Shown here piece by piece: positions 51,657 to 64,000 of a stretch of DNA of 64,000 nucleotides (positions within the stretch are counted from its first letter, which is position 1; the number at the start of each line of letters is the position of its first letter). Both the position numbers and the translations under genes were made by a program. The notes beneath the pieces are model-generated. The model was not told the origin of the DNA, ran no database searches, and was given only the letters and a program-made list of their open reading frames with translations. Source of the DNA: Octopus bimaculoides. Its lineage: Eukaryota. The DNA lies in NCBI RefSeq assembly GCF_001194135.2, contig NC_068999.1, forward strand, positions 25,921,922 through 25,985,921, in the 5' to 3' direction.

Positions 51657-51737
51657 AACAACAAACAAGATGAGGACAAATATCCGTCAAATGTAAATAA
51701 TGTACAATCTTTTTCAGCCATGTTGGTAGTGAGTGCT

Positions 51738-51775
<38 letters not shown>

Positions 51776-52319
51776 TGAATTCTTTGTATTTATGTATGTT
51801 ACGGTCTTGCCAATAATGTCTAATGTCAAGAAATTCATAATTAGGTCTTGTAAGGTAAAACCAGATTTTACATAAAGCAGTATATGAGGAGTCATTGAAA
51901 GGGAGAGATGTCAGTGGACACAGCTCAAATATTACATAATGCATAATTTATATATATATTTTATATATAATTCTACTCCTGCTACTTCCATTCCTATTTC
52001 ATGGTTGAATGATTTCTGAGTAAGAGATCCATTCAGCTGTAAAAACTATTACTTACTCAAATAAACACTCTCACCTATGTAATCATGAAGAAATAGATGT
52101 GAATAGGATATCAACATCATCATCTTCATCATCATCATAATTTTATACACGCATTTCCATTCTTGCATGGGTTAGGCAGAATTCACTGAGGTAGGTTTTC
52201 TATAACTGGATGCCTTTTTAAGCAGAAGATTGTAAATAAACAACACCACTTGTATTATGATGACACTCTTTAATAATTATTGTTTTGTGTCAAGACAAGG
52301 AGATATTCACTCACACACA

Positions 52320-52360
<41 letters not shown>

Positions 52361-54129
52361 GTATGCATACATATCTGTGTGTATGTGTGTGTATGTGTAT
52401 GTGTGTGTATATGTATGTGTGTGAGTGTGCTCATATTGTAGCTTTACTTTGCCATCATAATTTTATGTCAGTAATGTTCAAAGCACTAACTTCAAACTAT
52501 TTTACAAAATTCCTTCAAATCCTTGATTATTTTCAAAATTTATAACATATAAGCAATGCATTACATTAGGAATATACTCTTGAAAAAGGTTAAAATATTT
52601 TCTCTAAAAATTTTTTTAGGAAAAGAATATAATTTGAAATGAAGCATGATAAACTAGCATCCTGAATAAACTAGTGGCAAATTTAAAATGTATTTTATTT
52701 TAATCATTTTTCTGTTATTTCTATACCTTCAAACTTATGTTTTACAAAAATTCTTTCAATTTTTAAACAATGTTATTCTTTTATATAGCGCTCTATTTAG
52801 TTGTATAATTTTTTTAATATCCTGTAAAATGTAGAAAAGTAACAGTATTAGATTGAACCTGTAAATAACTATGAAGTGAAAATGAAACTGTTCTATTTTT
52901 ATTGTATTGTTGAAGCATCATGGATGACCGTTTTTTAATGCAATATTTCAACAAAAGTCAGTCTGAGTTTATCTCTTTCTAGGTTACTGAATGTAGTTGA
53001 ATGTTTTTACAATGAGGAATAGTTGAACTAGGAATCAAAATTGTGACAAACCCAATTTTCTATGGGCCCGTCACCACTTTGTGTTGCTTGCAAATATATT
53101 GCTATATTATCAACATATGAACAGATTAACTTTTAGAATAATTTAAACTAGCTGTGGCCATGGAAATACCATTGTTATTTTGAAAACAATAACATTGTTG
53201 AAAGTTTATAGAGAACCATGAAATACATAATCTCTTTCAAAATTGTACTTTTTATTTGGAGCATTTGATTTATAAGATAGTGTAAAATTCATATAGACAG
53301 TACTCAAGATGAAGTCTTTGGAGAGAGAACAGCTTGAAGTTTATACCCTTTGTTATTCATTTGTCATCTATTCCATCTGGAGAATTGTTAGTGCTAATTT
53401 TAGCTTTACTTTAAAAAAGTAAACAATCTTTACTATGTAATATAATTGAAAACATAATCTCTCTATAATATTATTCTGTTACTATATGACTACATTGATA
53501 ACATTTTAATATTCTAGTTTCATTTCAAATGTGTATGGTGGGACTTGAATCTACAATTCCAGTGCAAAAGTACAGTAGCTGCTCCACTGAGGACAGCGGT
53601 ATGTCAGCGATGTGTGTGTGTGTGATACATAAATTGTCTTGTGAATGATAATAATAATAATATCTTTAATAGTAATGATGATGATAATAATTATTATTTA
53701 GGAAGGGCATCCAGCTGTAGAAACTCTGCCAAATTTAGATTGGAGCCTGGTGTTGCCATCCGGTTTCACCAGTCCTCAGTCAAGTCGTCCAACCCATGCT
53801 AGCATGGAAAGCGCACGTTAAACGATGATGATGATGATTATTAAAGGCAGCAAGCTGACAGAATTATTTGTATGCCAAGAAAAATGCTTGGCAGCGTTTT
53901 GTCCATCTTCACATTCTCAGTTTAAACTCTACCAAGCTCAGCTTTGCCTTTCATCCTTTCAGGGTTGATAAAATAAGTATCAGTTGAACACTGGGGTCAA
54001 TGTAATCAACTTACCCATTCCCTGAAATTACTAACCTTGTGCCAAAGTTTTCAATCATCATCATTGTCATCATTATTATCTTCCTTATCACAACCTTACA
54101 GATGTATTTTCTTTGTATCAGATCACTTC

Positions 54130-54345
54130 CCATGACCTCAGGTAACTAAGAATCATTTCATAATTCTCCCTGTCCCAAATAAACAAGTATTTTGATGTAG
54201 TGTTGTATTAACTTCAATCCTGATCTTCTTGACCCATCCCCCCAGTCTGCTGGTCACTGTACTGAGGGCTCCTACAATGACAGGAATGGTACAAACCTTC
54301 CTCAGTTGTAAATCTTGGTATCCATCAATCTTATTAATTTCTTGT
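54130..54345 (-). mobile_element. R4/NeSL-like LINE C-terminal (REL endonuclease) fragment
   Basis: EQEINKIDGYQDL...IPVIVGALSTV...LFGTGRIM resembles the KxxKYxDL...PVVVGALG...LLGTARI motif. Confidence 0.65.
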
Positions 54346-56204
54346 TCAGTCATTTTGGTAGGATAACTATATAACATCTAGAATTTTCTACTGTGTTGTT
54401 AGTCTGTATCTTCATGTCACACTTTTTTCTCCAAATTTCTTAAAAGTGAGGGTCCACTGGTGAGTGACATTAGGAGAATATATCTGCAGTAGATCTGGCT
54501 TTACAAACCCCAAAATGATGGTCATTGAAGAGGGAGAGAGATTCAAGTTGCTGGAGATGATTATTGTTAATGGCTGACTCCATTACCTTTGAACTCTGTG
54601 CTTCACATTGGAACATATCCTACCTACAATAGCTAGAATATACCTGAGACATTTACAGTATATTGATTTTGTTGGAATAATAGTGGTATTAGGGTGGATC
54701 AGAGCTAATATCTTGTCTTTACAAAACAGTAATGAGAACTTCCCTACAAGTGGGTGTCAACTGCTCCTAAAAAGTATCCTGTGTTATAGATAATCTATAG
54801 TAATGCTTATTACCGGTTTTACAGATTTTAACCGTCAGATAATTAAACTTCGACATTGCATCCGTTATGTGAGATCCACACTCCCTATAATACTGGGTTG
54901 TGAAATATTTTAATATTAATAACATTCTGACAAATCTGTTAACTGTACAGTTCCATGAGACACAACAATATCACTTTTCAACCAAAAACTGACATGTGAT
55001 CCATTCAGCTCTCACCATTGTTGATTATAGTTGTCATTTAAAGTATTAGAAAAAGCAGCCAAGCCGTATTTAAATCTCATTCAATTGTCTAAAAAAGCTG
55101 ATATATAAGGCTATACTGAATAATAAAATACGATATATATATATATAATGTCTGAATAAAAGATGGGAAGATCATGGTTGGAATTCTTTTGGTCATAGGT
55201 CTACTGAAACAAGGCTGATGTGGAGTTAAACAATAAATGCTATTTATAACATTAGTAGCAACACGAAAATTACTGACAAATTTTGGAAATGCAAATCTAA
55301 AGGTTGCATTGCACTGGTGTGAGAAAATTACTAAATAGCTCAACATTTTACATATTACTCATAGTGATTAATTCTTGTAAATGAGTTTTCATGGAGAAAT
55401 TAGGTAACTATGTTATGTAAACACTTGGTGACAGAAGATCAACAGTTGATGATGTTGAGTGAAATGAAATCTTGTTTCTACAGCAGGCTTTGACCACAAG
55501 AGTAAACATTACCTGGTGATAACTAGACAGCCTTGATTAGGAGAATAAATTGCTGTCAACTGGAAAAACTGACAAGGTTATATTTTTCAATGTAAAAATT
55601 GAGACTGACTCCTATATAAGTTACACTGTTTGCAGTAGAACTGTAAAGGAAATTATAATATTGGCAAACATTTACTTCTGCTTTTACAGAATGTGATTTT
55701 GGCAATAAATCTGTTATAATTTGAATATCATTGGAACCTCACTGAACAATGTATCCATGTTGCAAATAGATGAAGTATAATAGGGATTTCTGAAATAATC
55801 CCATATGAAGGTTTTGGCTCAGCACTGCAGGTTAAAGACACATTCTTGTATTATATAGTGCTCTGATCGATTATAATACTAAACTTTACTTTAATATTTT
55901 ATTATTTATAATAGCCAGGGAGGTATAAATACTGATAATATGAAGAGTTAACTCATTAATACCCTGATTCTGAAAACGCAGCTTCCTTTTTCTCCATTAG
56001 GAATTAGAATTTCAGCCAGTGCACTTAAACAAATTATAAAACTTCTTAGGTGACTTATGACTCACTGTTGTATTTTTGTTTAAAGTTGACTTCACTAGAG
56101 TTGATACATTAACCATAAAGTTTATCTCTGTAGATTTTCTGTAGAATTCAGAGCCAACACTGCAAGTTACATTTTGTATATAAATACATCTATGCAGACA
56201 ATAT

Positions 56205-57570
56205 CATCATCATCATCATCATCATCATCGTTTAACGTCCGCTTTCCATGCTAGCATGGGTTGGACGATTTGACTGAGGACTGGTGAAACCGGATGGCAA
56301 CACCAGGCTCCAGTCTGATTTGGCAGAGTTTTTACAGCTGGATGCCCTTCCTAACGCCAACCACTCAGAGAGTGTAGTGGGTGCTTTTACGTGTCACCCG
56401 CACGAAAACGGCCNNNNNNNNNNNNNNNNNNNNNNNNNNNNNNNNNNNNNNNNNNNNNNNNNNNNNNNNNNNNNNNNNNNNNNNNNNNNNNNNNNNNNNN
56501 NNNNNNNNNNNNNNNNNNNNNNNNNNNNNNNNNNNNNNNNNNNNNNNNNNNNNNNNNNNNNNNNNNNNNNNNNNNNNNNNNNNNNNNNNNNNNNNNNNNN
56601 NNNNNNNNNNNNNNNNNNNNNNNNNNNNNNNNNNNNNNNNNNNNNNNNNNNNNNNNNNNNNNNNNNNNNNNNNNNNNNNNNNNNNNNNNNNNNNNNNNNN
56701 NNNNNNNNNNNNNNNNNNNNNNNNNNNNNNNNNNNNNNNNNNNNNNNNNNNNNNNNNNNNNNNNNNNNNNNNNNNNNNNNNNNNNNNNNNNNNNNNNNNN
56801 NNNNNNNNNNNNNNNNNNNNNNNNNNNNNNNNNNNNNNNNNNNNNNNNNNNNNNNNNNNNNNNNNNNNNNNNNNNNNNNNNNNNNNNNNNNNNNNNNNNN
56901 NNNNNNNNNNNNNNNNNNNNNNNNNNNNNNNNNNNNNNNNNNNNNNNNNNNNNNNNNNNNNNNNNNNNNNNNNNNNNNNNNNNNNNNNNNNNNNNNNNNN
57001 NNNNNNNNNNNNNNNNNNNNNNNNNNNNNNNNNNNNNNNNNNNNNNNNNNNNNNNNNNNNNNNNNNNNNNNNNNNNNNNNNNNNNNNNNNNNNNNNNNNN
57101 NNNNNNNNNNNNNNNNNNNNNNNNNNNNNNNNNNNNNNNNNNNNNNNNNNNNNNNNNNNNNNNNNNNNNNNNNNNNNNNNNNNNNNNNNNNNNNNNNNNN
57201 NNNNNNNNNNNNNNNNNNNNNNNNNNNNNNNNNNNNNNGCGTCATACAGTCTGCCTTTTACTCTGAGTGAGAGTCCCTTTGTCGCCAGCAGGGGTAAGAG
57301 CTCTCTAAACTTTGCCCAGGCTATTCTTATTCTAGCAGCTACACTTTCAGCGCACCCACCCCCACTACTAACTTGGTCGCCCAGATAGCGGAAGCTATCG
57401 ACTACCTCTAGTTTTTCACCCTGGAATGAGATAGAAGTTGTTTCCTGTTTGTTTGCAGTCTTTATTGCACCTGAACATCTGCCACAAACAAAAACTAACT
57501 TGCTAGTTAACCTGCCTTTGATGTTGCTGCACCTCTTATGTGTCCATAGCTTGCACCGGGTACATCTTAT
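56205..57570 (-). mobile_element. 5'-truncated RTE LINE spanning an assembly gap
   Basis: 57570-57240 encodes RCTRCKLWTHKRCS...LEVVDSFRYLG. 56413-56205 is the (GAT)n-tailed 3' end in the same orientation. Confidence 0.8.
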
Positions 57571-57753
57571 GATTAAGGATAAAAAACAAAATGGTTAATG
57601 AGTGTATATGCACATTTCAAGGGTTATTGCTCTTTCATCACCACCACATCCAACTCATTGCTTACATACCCACTAAGTTTAGTGGTGTAACACAATTGGA
57701 TTGACAATTTCACATATTAAACACATTCCTGGTAACTGGCACATACAAATTAA

Positions 57754-58044
57754 TTGCTGGTAAGAACACAGTATTTCATTTTGCAACCATAGTATACTAC
57801 CAAGTATATTAAAGGTTTACAAGTCAATATTGTGTCTTACTTTTTGTGTTAGCAGTGCAGTATTCTCACTTTTAAGTTTTACAGTGCTGTCTCTTAATTC
57901 TATGGAAAATCTGTAGAGTTAAACTTAAAAGTGAGAATATCGCACTGCTAACATAAGATATGACACAATACTAACTTGCAAACCTTTAATATACTTGGTA
58001 ATGTATTATGGTTGCAAAATAAGATATTGTGCCCTTACCAGCAA
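57754..58044. mobile_element. Fold-back MITE-like element with about 125-bp inverted arms
   Basis: Arms 57754-57879 and 57921-58044 are reverse complements with scattered mismatches. TAA on both flanks. Confidence 0.8.
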
Positions 58045-58695
58045 TAAACCATCCAATTAACAGTTACTCCAACCAACTTCTGCTTTGTAAGCCAATAAGA
58101 TTACTTCTATCTTAAATTCTCAGTCTGCTAACGGTTTGTATCCAGAAAACCCTATTATCATATAAATTGGGAGCATAGCCAAAAGTACTGTTAAATATAA
58201 CTAAATGCTTAATGGTAGAACATTCTTTTAGAACATTATTTTTTTTAGTCTAATAAGTGAAATAGCTGTTATTTTTGTATTTGAGAATATTGATTTAGTT
58301 GTGTCTGGTTTAAAAAATAATTAAATAAAATAACAAAGTTTACTATATTAAGCAGGAAAGATACAATTGGTCAGTCATTAAGATATTGTTTTTGCACTTA
58401 CTTATTGGTTTCAAATTTTAAACACTCCTACAGGAAGTGTCTGTCTATGAATAACATCTATTATTCCAGTTAAGTGTAGTTTTTTTTTCGGTCCAGTACA
58501 CTACTAAAGTGAGATCCTATTGTATTTGCAGAACACCACTCCTCTGAGTTTGTTCAAGCATACACACAAACGCACACATATACACACGATGGGCTTCTTT
58601 CAGTTTCTGTCTACCAAATCCACTCACAAGACTTAAGTTGGCCCGAGGCTATAGATGAAGAAACCTGCTTCTTACCACACAGCCAGGACTGTACC

Positions 58696-58734
<39 letters not shown>

Positions 58735-59127
58735 TGTTAATGTTGTTACTATAGATGTGTGTGTATATATGTATGTATGGATGTATGGATGGATGGATGG
58801 ATACATGGATGGATGCATGGATGCATGGATGCATGCATGGATGGATGGATGGATGCATGCATGCATGCATGCCCAGGGGCCTTTTTAAATTTCAGAAAAG
58901 AAGTGTTTAGTCAATATCCTCATCAGAAATGTTTCCTGTTGCAAGCTTGGAATTCCCTATTCTCTGAATAGAACCAAGCCAACAGCTTTGTAAATCATTA
59001 TGGTGGAAGGAATGTAAGGGAAATAACCCTGTCCCTACCTGCAGGGTCATTCTAGATGTATATTTTTTTTGTTCACAAAACTGACCATGACGTTTCCCTC
59101 CCTCCAGTTATAGAAAGGTTATGTGCC

Positions 59128-59204
59128 TTCAGCCATTTCAGTCTGATGAGTCACCTATACAGTAAAGTGCTTTATAAGTGTGAAACCAATGGTCACTCTC
59201 TGAG
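59128..59204 (+). ncRNA. Type I hammerhead ribozyme with intact catalytic core
   Basis: AGT-CTGATGA(59143-59149)-GTCAC...GTGT-GAAA(59182-59185)-CC-AAT-GG-TC-ACT. Stem III ACC/GGT, GUC cleavage triplet, stem I AGT/ACT, imperfect stem II. Confidence 0.75.
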
Positions 59205-59230
59205 CAGCCATAACAATCAACCTTCTACAA

Positions 59231-59284
<54 letters not shown>

Positions 59285-59749
59285 TGCTGCTGTGATGTAA
59301 AAAGCACCTACTGCACACTGCTGAAAAGTGATTGTCATTAACAATCCAGCAGTAGAGCCCATGCCAAAGTAGACAGTAGAGCGTGATGTGGTCCTCTGGC
59401 TCACCAGCTCCTGTCAAACACTCCAACCCATGGAAAATGGATGCTAAATGATGATGATATATATTCATATATGCATGTGTGTGTGTGTGTGTGTGTGTGT
59501 GTGAGACACACACACACACACACACACATATGCATATACACATCAGGGAAATGGCAAAAGTGTTGGACAAGCTGTTCTCTCTCAAATCCAATGACATACA
59601 GATGTCTCACTACGAACTCAAGAGACCTGGTGAATAAACTACTTCATGTCATGTTGTCAAAAATCAGATGCACAAATACAAGGCTGAAAGTAAAACAGAA
59701 CAATCTGGATGAATGTGAGATTGCTATCATCTGACATGATGAGGCAATC

Positions 59750-59790
<41 letters not shown>

Positions 59791-61216
59791 GTATGTATGT
59801 AAGTATGTATGTTTGCATGTATGTTCATTATTATCATTTAACGTCTATTTTCCATACTGGCATGGATAAACAAATCCATAGATAGATCACTGTTAGTTTT
59901 ACTAACTGAGCAGAATATATTTTGCATAGGAGGTCTCATAACATAAAATATGTTCCCAGTGGGCTTAAAAACTAGATACATTTTTATACTGCATCATCTA
60001 TATTTTCAAAAACTTCAATTAACTGATATTATCTGAGTTATCTTCCTTTGTTGTTTTTAGATTCTAAACCCAAACGGAGGTTTTTGTTTACTTGGACAAT
60101 CTTAGTTAATCGGAATTTTTAAACTCACTATATTATGTGTGTGAAACCTAGCATATTTCATAAAGATGTCAGCTTACTATGCAAAAGATCATATAGAATC
60201 TCCAGTGCTTCCCTTCGTCCTTGACAAACAGGCTTAAATTTCTGCATCTCTCAAACTAAAAATACTAATTTCCACTGGTCTGAAATTAGACACCACTGAC
60301 ACGTGCAGTTCACTGGTATATACATCTAGGACACTTTACAATGTACAAGTGTTACTGCATGAATTAAATGTGGACTTGCTGGGAAACCATTAAAATATAT
60401 CTTCTTTGAATCCCTATATTAAAAGAAAGTCATCACTGATGCTGCAACAATCAACTGGATTAGGATGCATTTGTGTTTCATATCTAACATGTTGTCCATA
60501 AGGATTACCAAACACTTATTTAGATAATCCTGTGCCACAAGTCTGTTAATCTTGGCTGACTTATACAACAATCTAATTACAAGCAACTGTTGCTGCATCT
60601 GCTGCAAAAAATACTACTGCTCCTGCTACTACTGTTACCACTGCTGCTGCTACTACTACTACTGTTACTACTACTGTTGCTGCTCCTGCTACTGGCAATA
60701 TTGATTTTTCAAAGAAGCACAAGGTTCATGTTTGTGGGTTTATTCTGGTAGATTCACCCCAATTTATAGTATTTTGCATATTATTTAAGTTTCCTATTTT
60801 TATTAAATATGCTATATACATATTATTTTTTATATTTGGATTCAGAAGTATAAGACATGAAATTGAATTAAAAATAAACAAGGGCAAAAGCATATACTAT
60901 GCTACATTTAATCTAACCTGCACACCTTTATTCAGAGGTGGAATCTTGATTTTAGCTTCAAATACATTATAATCTGTTCTACTTTATCATATTGAGTCTT
61001 TTTTTCATTTAATTGCATACTCATTCTTATAGTTATTTATGCATTTTATACACACACACACATTACTTTTTAATGTTATCTCTTCAGATTTTCAATAGAA
61101 ATTAGAGCCACCACTGATTTGTTATGACATTTCATACATGAATACATCTAATGCAAACAATGTGATCAAAGACAGAAAAATAGATAGTGGGCATATATGC
61201 ACTTTTCAGTTCTTAC

Positions 61217-61433
61217 TCCTTCTTCAGCACCACATCCAACCCATTAACCATCCACAAGCATATTGCTTGAATAACCATCAAAAATAGCAGTATAACATTA
61301 TTGAATATACCAATGCAACTATGTTTAATGAATACAGGGATATATGTGAGTTCCTTCAAGTTTTCATGTTTTGATAGTGCAGTAATCAAATGGGCATGCA
61401 TAGTGTAGTGTACACAATCTGGCCACATTCAGG
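61217..61433 (-). CDS. Candidate exon of an unidentified gene (needs a 1-nt correction or an internal start)
   Basis: Acceptor gtcatttcag and donor GGA|gtaaga. Frame ...LITALSKHENLKELTYIPVFIKHSCIGIFNNVILLFLMVIQAICLWMVNGLDVVLKK. The 5' part reads in a different frame. Confidence 0.35.
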
Positions 61434-61499
61434 CTGAAATGACATAGCTACTCCATGAGAAAATGCAAAAAAAAAAAGATGAGAGAAAAATTATATTGG

Positions 61500-62520
61500 T
61501 TTATACCAAGATGATGGATTAAGAATACCCCATGTTTGTGATGGTGATAATCTAGATACGTTTTGGAAAAACCTCATATCCATCTTTAGCAGTATAGGTC
61601 TAAAAATCACAGTAGCTAAAACCTCACTAAAGTTGATTCAGATGCTTTCCTGAGCCTTGAATTAAACACTTACAAGTTCTACCATAAGCCAAATTATAAA
61701 TTTAGGTATATACACAAACAGTCTTGCCACCCCACTACTATTTTAAAAAACCTTATAACTAACATTAGTGATATTCTCTCTCAACTCTCTTTCTCTGAAA
61801 AAATGTTTGATAAGGCAATCCCTACAATAATAGTGCCTTGGCCAACTGTAACTTTGAAGAGAAGATATCATACACTCTGAGCAAAACTTGAACCTAGTCT
61901 AAAAGTACACCTAGGTAATTTATATGGTTTGCTCCCGCTTTCTCCTTGAATTTTAGGGCTAATGTAGGTAAAAAAAAAATTCCTAGTCTTGCTAGATACA
62001 CCTGATAGCCATAGTTGTAAAAAAAACTCATCAATAGACATCCCATGAAAGTTTCCTACAGCTGTTACTCTGATATGTAAAACATCATTTTATGTAGACC
62101 AACCAAGATGCTCACTCCAACTCCACATACTTTCCCACTAGACCAGGCTTGCATGGTTGGCTCAGTTGTCCACAAAGTTGCCAAATAAGGGAACTGAAAG
62201 ACAAAAAGTTTCTTGGACTGCAAAGTCACTTCAAAAAGAGATAAGCATTCCACCATTCTTCTCTCAAACACATACACAAAAAACAAAGAACAAAGCCAGC
62301 AAGCCATATGTGGAACCTCAAGGACAGCAATATAACATACTCATCAAGTGGAACATCAAAGAAAGATCTAGACTAAACATTAAGGAATCAAAATAGTGCA
62401 GGCTCTGTATAATTAAAACAACACATCCTTTAAGAACTGCACTGCCCTAAACTCAAGATCAGAGATTTCAACAAGATGTATCTATTCCAGCAAGTTTCTG
62501 TTATATAGCTTCAAGATGCA
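61500..62520 (+). mobile_element. Highly degenerate Penelope-like element (Naiad-like)
   Basis: Fragments IFSSIGLKIT, FYHKPN...YIHKQSCHPTTILKNL, FIWFAPAFS...ANVGKK, and a WNIKE-like endonuclease stretch. Same type as 7.9-8.8 kb. Confidence 0.65.
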
Positions 62521-62759
62521 CCCCACTCACTGCATTAGACATCCAATTTCATCCACCATAGCCTTTCTCCACTTCAACTTCCCCATCTAACTGGCATAGT
62601 CTTTTCGAGATGTGAGCACTCAACATTAACAATAGTCTTCATTTAACAGGTTAAAGAGAATTAACCTTCAACATCCTTTCCCTCAAAACATTTCATTATG
62701 TACTCACCTCACTTTTTACTTCTAATTTGTTACTGATTTTTTCTTACATTTCCTCACTG

Positions 62760-64000
62760 AGTAGCCTGTCTGACACAGCTCCTGCAACACTACGACTGGG
62801 TATTAAAACAGCTGCTGAATGACTGAAGCGTGGATGTGATATATCTCGACTTTGCAAAAGCCTTTGACAAAGTTTACCATGATATGATATGTCACAAACT
62901 GCATGATCTCGGCATATGCAGAAAACTTGGAGAATGGCTACACAACTTTCTCAAGGATAGACATCAGGCAGTCGTAGCCAATGGGGCCACCTCCAAGGAA
63001 ACGCAAATAGCAAGTGGTGTTCCACAGGGCACTGTCTTGGAGCCACTGCTGTTCATAGTGACCCTCTCAGACATGCCCTCGGCTGCTCAGATAGCTACCC
63101 TTGCTAGCTATGCAGATGACACAAAACTCTCTCAGACAATACGAAATCCAGGAAATATTGCACATCTGCAACAAGAGTTGGATGCAATAAACAGGTGGGC
63201 TGAGGACAACAGCATGCAGTTTAATGCAGGAAAATTCCAGGCCCTACGCTACCAACACACAACGCTAAATGACATGTTGACAGGATACACTGGCCCACGA
63301 GGAATTGAAATCCCTGAATCAAAATCAGTGTGTGACCTGGGCATTGACATGAGCAATGATGCATCTTTCCAAGTGCATATTACCAATTTGGTAATAAAAT
63401 GCAGAAGGCTGGCTGGCTGGATCCTCCGAACTTTTGAAAAAAGAGAAAAAGGGACATTGATGATCCTTTGGAGGACATACGTTCTCAGCTACTTAGACTA
63501 TTTCTCCCAACTATGATCACCACACAATAAAAAATCCATGGTGGAACTCGAAACAATCTAACAAAGCTACACTAAGAAAATCATCTCAATGCAACATGTC
63601 AGCTGCTGGGAAAGACTGAAAGAATCAAAACTCTTATTCTTGGAACGAAGACGGGAGAGATATGCAGTGATACACATCTGGAAAATCCTAGAAGGCCTTG
63701 TACCAAACTTTGGCATTGAAAGTTATTCAAACTGCAGAACGGGGCACCACTGCATAGTGCCAAAGATCCCAGTATCACCATCAAAATACAGGACCAGATA
63801 CAGCAACAGCCTGGGCTTCAAGAGCCCACAGCTCTTTAATATCCTTCCAAAATGCCTGAGAGAACTGCATGGTGTGGATGTAAGTGTCTTTAAAACAAAA
63901 CTGGATCTCTCCCTGTTACGGGTTCCAGACGAGCCAACCTCACGGCAGGAAACACAGATGAGGGCAGCAGCATCAAACACCTTCACTGACCAAATGCCAC
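62760..64000 (+). mobile_element. CR1-like LINE RT and 3' region (pseudogene)
   Basis: ORF 62830-63516 has YLDFAKAFDKV, SGVPQGTVL, YADDTK and FQALRY. It continues with stops (ERRRERY, QLFNILP) to the window end. Confidence 0.9.

Larger units (their letters stand above)
51135..51705 (-). mobile_element. Complete short Penelope-like insertion (Penelope/Poseidon-like EN tail) with inverted terminal segment and 11-bp TSD
   Basis: TSD AATCTTTTTCA at 51124-51134 and 51706-51716. Inverted arms 51147-51223 and 51593-51706. Minus strand reads KSGIANHV*...LWDEIKIIDTEHHWKIRKLKEAAHM...SI*EPVL. Confidence 0.88.

Noticed and set aside
55513-55789. Two 47-nt candidate minus-strand exons (55743-55789, 55513-55559)
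   Set aside because: Too short to distinguish from chance splice-like motifs in AT-rich DNA without transcript data.
58890-58930. Minus-strand CTGATGA motif, and others such as at 177, 20522 and 40729
   Set aside because: No convincing stem II followed by GAAA and a UH site; not hammerheads.
1-64000. CRISPR arrays, operons or other prokaryotic systems
   Set aside because: No regularly spaced repeat-spacer array. Spliced gene structure and eukaryotic TE content indicate animal nuclear DNA.

Overview
Gappy, AT-rich, microsatellite-rich animal genomic DNA. The repeat families suggest a coleoid cephalopod such as Octopus (inference from recognition, not a database search). One host gene is firmly supported: a minus-strand allograft inflammatory factor 1 (AIF1/Iba1-like EF-hand) gene. 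Four internal coding exons (62, 67, 42 and 163 nt) have canonical GT-AG sites and compatible phases; the first and last coding exons were not identified with confidence. A second, unidentified minus-strand gene may contribute exons at about 47.2 kb and 61.2 kb. Most of the rest is decayed mobile DNA: Penelope-like elements (PLEs) of apparently three types, RTE-, CR1-, CRE- and R4-like LINE fragments, a Gypsy-like LTR fragment, a DD37D (maT) transposase ORF, Helitron and Chapaev3-like remnants, MITEs and several tRNA-derived SINE families. The most interesting observations are: a 571-bp TSD-flanked PLE insertion combining an endonuclease tail, a tRNA-like Pol III module and an inverted hammerhead-bearing terminal repeat; an orphan hammerhead ribozyme with an intact core at 59.1 kb; a PLE with twin-priming geometry; and a PHD finger inside an RTE reverse transcriptase. 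TE boundaries are approximate unless TSDs or TIRs are quoted. No CRISPR array, rRNA or genuine tRNA gene was seen.
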